Shown: positions 59,747-64,000 of the stretch, piece after piece
Position numbering within the stretch: position 1 is the stretch's first letter
Layout: each line of letters starts with the position of its first letter
Made by a program: the position numbers and the translations under genes
Assembly: GCA_040768745.1 (NCBI GenBank)
Contig: JAXGMI010000002.1
Location: 1-64,000, forward strand
Direction of reading: 5' to 3'
DNA from: Desulfomicrobium sp.
Lineage (GTDB): Bacteria > Desulfobacterota > Desulfovibrionia > Desulfovibrionales > Desulfomicrobiaceae
Length of the DNA: 64,000 nt
Notes under the pieces: generated by a model
What the model was told of the DNA's origin: nothing
What the model saw: the letters and a program-made list of their open reading frames with translations, nothing else
The model's database searches: none

Positions 59747-60517
59747 TCAATCCTCCACTTTCTTCATCCACGGCTGCGGCACGTCCGGGTTGTAGAACCG
59801 CAGCGTGCTGGGACGCCCTGACTTCGGCCCATGGATAATTGCGATAGAACGCTCGGTGACCTCGCCAATCTCCTGATCGCCATCGACGAAGCAGACCAGG
59901 CCGTAGTCCTCGCCGCAGGGAAACCGGAAGCGGCCTAGGTTCTGATAGAGGCGTGCCTCGGACCAGCCCTTGGCCATGGCCTCCTCACGGATGGCGTCGA
60001 CCTTGGCGACAGCCTGGGAAGACACCGACTGCTTACATTTCCAAGATTGGTTCCCGGGATAAATCCAGTCCTTTCTCGGAACTTCGACGGGTTTCTCCTG
60101 GGACTCGGGACGAAGCGCGGGTGGCCGGTAGTTCTTCGGGGAAAAGGACTGCACTACCTCCTGCAGGCTTTCCTTGCCGAACTCCCGGATGGACAGTTCC
60201 TGCAGGGCGTTGAATCTCTGCCGTAGCGTGTTCCAGGCATCGTCGGGGAGCTTTCCGGCCTTGTGCGCGGCTTGGGCGGTGACCATGCGGGAACGCAGCC
60301 AGACAAAGTATTCAGGGGACAGACGGCGACACAGCGTGCCGTTTACCTCCCGGTCTTCAGGCCAGTCGCGGGCGTCCTCGATGTCGTGGATGTCGAGCCC
60401 TGTGGAGACATAGATAGCGGGCTGCGGTGGTTGCGGTGGTAATGATGGGGTTTCACATCCGGCCGAGGCTTCCTGCCCTCCGGTGGTGTGCTTGATCATG
60501 GTTTTCAGAAGGCTCAT
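59747..60517 (-). CDS. Hypothetical phage protein
   Basis: 256 aa ORF downstream of a motif copy. Confidence 0.6.
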   Translation of the reverse strand: MSLLKTMIKHTTGGQEASAGCETPSLPPQPPQPAIYVSTGLDIHDIEDARDWPEDREVNGTLCRRLSPEYFVWLRSRMVTAQAAHKAGKLPDDAWNTLRQRFNALQELSIREFGKESLQEVVQSFSPKNYRPPALRPESQEKPVEVPRKDWIYPGNQSWKCKQSVSSQAVAKVDAIREEAMAKGWSEARLYQNLGRFRFPCGEDYGLVCFVDGDQEIGEVTERSIAIIHGPKSGRPSTLRFYNPDVPQPWMKKVED

Positions 60518-60557
60518 GGCTTCGGGCTCCAGAAATACGGGTTAATCGCTTTTCCCG

Positions 60558-60589
60558 TTACTTACCGGAGCCCAAAGCCAGATGACGGC
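60558..60589 (-). promoter_or_regulatory. Late-promoter-like motif copy (degenerate distal box)
   Basis: ttacttaccgga-N13-tgacggc upstream of 60517. Confidence 0.55.
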
Positions 60590-60688
60590 GGACCGATGCC
60601 TTCGCTTGTAATCGTTTTTTGAGCGAGAGGCCGTTTTGTAACTGTTTTTTGAGGTCTCTAAACGTTTTTCGAGAAACCGGCAGGCTCG

Positions 60689-61038
60689 GCGGTGGATACC
60701 TGCGGTGGCTGCGGTGGTCGTGCGGTGGAAGATTTTCTCGTCCCACCGCAGGGAGTGGTGCGTTGTTTGTTTATTGTTTTTAGATAGTTATGAAGAAAGA
60801 AAAGAGAGAGTGCGGTGGTTGCGGTGGTATTTGGGGAATGTCTCTCACGCTTGGCCGAAATTTATCTGGCGGGGAACGCCGGATTGGTGGGTCGAAAAAA
60901 TATTTCATTCCATAGGGGGTGAGACCTCTGGATTTACCACCGCAGCCACCGCAAAGGCTATGAACGCCTTGTCTGGCAAGGGTTTGGCGTGCGGTGGTCA
61001 TCCACCGCAAGAGACAGCGGTGATCACCGCACCACCGC
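60689..61038. repeat. GCGGTGG/CCACCGC iteron-like cluster with AT-rich core (putative replication origin)
   Basis: About 14 copies in both orientations around an AT-rich stretch at about 60765-60810. Confidence 0.65.
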
Positions 61039-61058
61039 AAAACCGGAGCTGCGAATAC

Positions 61059-62570
61059 TCAATCCGTTGTCTTTCGATTATCTATAGAAATGATAACGTT
61101 CGTTTCATGTTGACCCAGGTGCCACCGTTTACTAGTGACCTGTTGGAGGAAATGCAAATCATGGCTGATCAGCAACAGGCCACAGGGGCAATCTTTCAGG
61201 GCATTCTCTAAGCACTCGATTGCTGGAAGATCGAGATGATTTGTCGGTTCATCCATAACAATTAAATGCGGCTGACGAATAATTCCAAGCGCCAATAGCA
61301 CCTTGCGCAATTCACCTGGGCTGATATCAAGGTTATGTAACAGTCGTTCAGGGCGTGACCCAAGAGCACTCACCACTGTCATAATTTTACCAAGTTGTTC
61401 ATGAGAAAGGTGATTTACATCTGCCATGATTTTTCGGGTTTTCATCATGTCAATCTCTTGCGGTAAATATACCAAATGCTCATTAGGAATATTTATGTGG
61501 TTAAGAATATGTCGAATAAAAGTTGTCTTTCCCATTCCATTTGCTCCAGTAATAGCAATACGATCGTCACGTAGCATTGTAATCTCTGGTATATGCAATT
61601 TTCTTGATTCATCGAGAGCGATTATGTCAGCAGGAATAGTAAAGAGGATTCGACGTGGAGAGACGGAACCATCGATCCAGAAATGAGTTGCATAGCGTTT
61701 CTTGATTTTTATATCAGAAATTTGTTCCTGCACATGCTTTATACGACCTTTTAATTGCTTAGCAAGACGCCCGGCATGACCATCCTGTCCTGAAACACGA
61801 GCCAGGTCGATTTTGGCACGCCCATCGCTGTCACCACGTGCCAAATGACGTTTCGATTTCTTTTTGTTGGCGCGTGAGGCTTTAGCGCAGCGACGTTTCG
61901 ACTCGTCCTTTAATCGTTCCAGGTTTTGTTGCAAACTATGACGTCTATCCTGCAAACTTGATTCTTCTCGTTTAACATCTGCGGCAGCTTTCGTATAATT
62001 GCCAGGTTGTATTATGGCTTGAGGGGGGTCGAGAAAAATACATTGCTGGCAAAGAAGGTCAAGCAAATCTCGGTCATGGCTAACCAGCAGGCCAATACCA
62101 CGAAATGACGTAAGCGCTTCTATAAGCAGCTCACGGGCCGTAATATCAATATGATTGGTCGGTTCATCAAGAAGAAGGACATCCGGTTGTTGCCAGAGAG
62201 CGACAGCAATTTGAGCACGCTTACGCTCGCCATGACTTAGTGTCGGCCAGCGACTTACCCAATCATCGCCAATCCTTAGCTTTCCACGCAGTACGCATGC
62301 CTCTGCTTCAACGGTAGAAATCAAAAGTGATAGCTGTGCCGGAACATCGTCAGTGCGCTGCGGGCAGAAAACTATATGTCCGGACCGTTTGATAGTCCCT
62401 TGCTGTACCTGTAGATGTCCTGCCGCAAGTTGCAGAAAAGTCGTTTTCCCTGCACCGTTTGGCCCTACGATTCCTGTCCATCCTTCCGCAAGATGAACTG
62501 TGATGTCCTCAAGCAATGAGGATATTGCACTATCATAAGAAAAGGTAACGTTTTGAAAAGATATTGACAT
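61059..62570 (-). CDS. ABC-F family ATPase, putative ribosome-protection (ARE) type
   Basis: Two NBDs (GPNGAGKT/LSHGE/LDEPTNH and GANGMGKT/ISPGE/MDEPTNH), a basic linker and no TM segments. Low GC. SD GGAGG before ATG 62570. Confidence 0.85.
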   Translation of the reverse strand: MSISFQNVTFSYDSAISSLLEDITVHLAEGWTGIVGPNGAGKTTFLQLAAGHLQVQQGTIKRSGHIVFCPQRTDDVPAQLSLLISTVEAEACVLRGKLRIGDDWVSRWPTLSHGERKRAQIAVALWQQPDVLLLDEPTNHIDITARELLIEALTSFRGIGLLVSHDRDLLDLLCQQCIFLDPPQAIIQPGNYTKAAADVKREESSLQDRRHSLQQNLERLKDESKRRCAKASRANKKKSKRHLARGDSDGRAKIDLARVSGQDGHAGRLAKQLKGRIKHVQEQISDIKIKKRYATHFWIDGSVSPRRILFTIPADIIALDESRKLHIPEITMLRDDRIAITGANGMGKTTFIRHILNHINIPNEHLVYLPQEIDMMKTRKIMADVNHLSHEQLGKIMTVVSALGSRPERLLHNLDISPGELRKVLLALGIIRQPHLIVMDEPTNHLDLPAIECLENALKDCPCGLLLISHDLHFLQQVTSKRWHLGQHETNVIISIDNRKTTD

Positions 62571-62632
62571 TGTTGACCTCCAAGCATGCTGTAACAAAAC
62601 ATACTGGACGTCCCATTCCCATGGAATCAGCT

Positions 62633-62666
62633 AAAATAAAAAATGCCACGTCTTAAACGTGGCATT
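62633..62666 (-). terminator. Leader intrinsic terminator (attenuator) upstream of ABC-F
   Basis: On - strand: AATGCCACGT-TTAAG-ACGTGGCATT followed by TTTTATTTT. Confidence 0.85.
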
Positions 62667-62778
62667 CAAATCATAAACGCTGAAGCCACCCAAGATCTAC
62701 GGAAACAGAACGCCATTTTTTGGATAATTTTAACGATCCAAAATGGGAACACGAAAATTTCGTGAAGGCTCGTTTCCG

Positions 62779-62790
62779 TTAGATTCTCAA
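62779..62790 (-). other. Leader uORF (fM-R-I-stop)
   Basis: GGAGG (62798-62802), 7 nt, then TTG AGA ATC TAA. Confidence 0.65.
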
Positions 62791-62818
62791 GGGTATACCT
62801 CCATATAAATTTGCTTTT

Positions 62819-62847
62819 AACTTAGCATCACAGGATGATGGCGTCAA
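62819..62847 (-). promoter_or_regulatory. Sigma70-type promoter for the ABC-F leader
   Basis: TTGACG-17 nt-TAAGTT with TGn extended -10. Confidence 0.6.
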
Positions 62848-62914
62848 GTTTTGCCTTTGATTTTGATAAAGTTCAGTGTCGTCATATCATCCAGTTTGGG
62901 CAAAAAAATTCCAT

Positions 62915-64000
62915 TTACCTGCTCTTGTGGCAGATCCGATACTCGAAGTTCTTGGTGTGGGCGTTGCGCTGCCGGTCGATGTCGAACCCGGCGTCCCGGA
63001 TGACGTCCAGGTCGTTGCTGATGCGCCGACCGAGCTGGGCGGGCTTCTTGTATTCGAACTCGAGGTTGAATTCCCGGCCGACCCTGCGCAGCGCCGCGAG
63101 CAGCCGTCCCGCCGACACCGGTTCCATGGTGTTCTCGTTCTCGAACCTCACCTGGTAGCGTTCGATGAACCCCACTACGTGGTTTGCCCGGTCGTCCTCG
63201 CCGTAGCGGGCCTTCTCGTCCAGCTCCACCGCGTTTCGGTAGGCATGGAAGAGCGACGCCAGCGCCGTTGCGATGGGGTTCGACTCCCGCGCCATCTCCT
63301 GGCTGGTGTCGTTGATGGAATGGATCTGCTCGATGAACAGCGGGCTCAGATCCTCGAGTCCGGTGGTCACCTCGTGTTCCTCGGACCCGGCCAGCATCAT
63401 CAGGTACATCAGGCTCAGATAGTCGTTGCACCGGCGTTTGCCATGGGTCGGCATGGTTCGGTGCAGCAGGCGCATGACCTGTTTCTGGGCTCCGTCCCGG
63501 ATCATCGCCAGCACATGGCTGGTCCGCTTCATGATGGCCGAGATGATCAGATCCCGGTTCTGCTGGATGGCGGAGATGACCTCCGATTCCAGAAAGCAGT
63601 CGCTGGCCTGGTTGGCGAGGTCGAAGTTGATGACGAAGGACCTCGACAGGATCTCCGAAAGCTCCCCGCACAGCGGCTCGATGCCGGTGGTGTTCAGCAG
63701 GCATTTGGTCCGCTCGGTGATGGTCTCGCTGTCGGTGCCGCTCTTGCGTTTCTCCTTGGCGATGCCGGTGATGCTGGTCAGCATGAAGGTGGTCAGATCC
63801 TCGGTCATCTGCTTGACCTCGATGTTGTCGAGGACGATGAGCGGGTTCTGCGAGCCATCGGTGTAGTTCGCCGCGTCGGTGGCCTTCTTGTGCTGGGGCT
63901 CGCCGTAAAGCAGCGTCGACGTGATCTTGCTGGCGGTGGTCTTCCCGATCCGGCCGAGCCCTCGAATCGGGTCATGGGCCGCGTCCCGGCGAAGTCGATC
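62915..64000 (-). CDS. C-terminal part of phage primase/helicase-like replication protein (runs off right edge)
   Basis: P-loop-like GSAGSGKT near the edge (1-nt shift), LIVLDNIE, LLNTTGIE...LSRSF, and a winged-helix-like tail. Confidence 0.6.
   Translation of the reverse strand, partial: DRLRRDAAHDPIRGLGRIGKTTASKITSTLLYGEPQHKKATDAANYTDGSQNPLIVLDNIEVKQMTEDLTTFMLTSITGIAKEKRKSGTDSETITERTKCLLNTTGIEPLCGELSEILSRSFVINFDLANQASDCFLESEVISAIQQNRDLIISAIMKRTSHVLAMIRDGAQKQVMRLLHRTMPTHGKRRCNDYLSLMYLMMLAGSEEHEVTTGLEDLSPLFIEQIHSINDTSQEMARESNPIATALASLFHAYRNAVELDEKARYGEDDRANHVVGFIERYQVRFENENTMEPVSAGRLLAALRRVGREFNLEFEYKKPAQLGRRISNDLDVIRDAGFDIDRQRNAHTKNFEYRICHKSR

Overview
This is a GC-rich (phage part roughly 60-65% by eye) prophage or phage segment, almost all on the - strand. 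The host is possibly Desulfobacterota/deltaproteobacteria-like (inference). Reading right to left: primase-like gene (partial); a low-GC ABC-F cassette with its own promoter and uORF attenuator; a GCGGTGG-iteron ori-like region; a Mor-like regulator; terminase small subunit; an opposite-strand tyrosine-recombinase module with a 45-bp-period palindrome array; terminase large subunit; portal; a giant MuF polyvalent protein; a methyltransferase-protease/scaffold fusion; major capsid; a contractile tail (sheath, tube, frameshifted chaperone, tape measure, baseplate, PAAR, DUF4815-type fibre); an amidoligase/GATase/GGCT cluster; and a type 3 BREX operon (brxF-brxC-pglXI-DUF3800-brxHII-pglZ, running off the left edge). 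The most unusual signal is in the BREX operon. Four four-helix-bundle (23S-IVP/bAvd-like) genes sit at BREX gene junctions. Each has its own family of degenerate 7-nt tandem repeats, arranged as inverted arms around the gene and as mostly in-frame hairpin insertions in the neighbouring BREX genes. One cassette appears to have replaced the helicase N-terminus with a diverged copy. Many genes carry single-base frameshifts that look like long-read errors. All family assignments come from motif recognition, not database searches.
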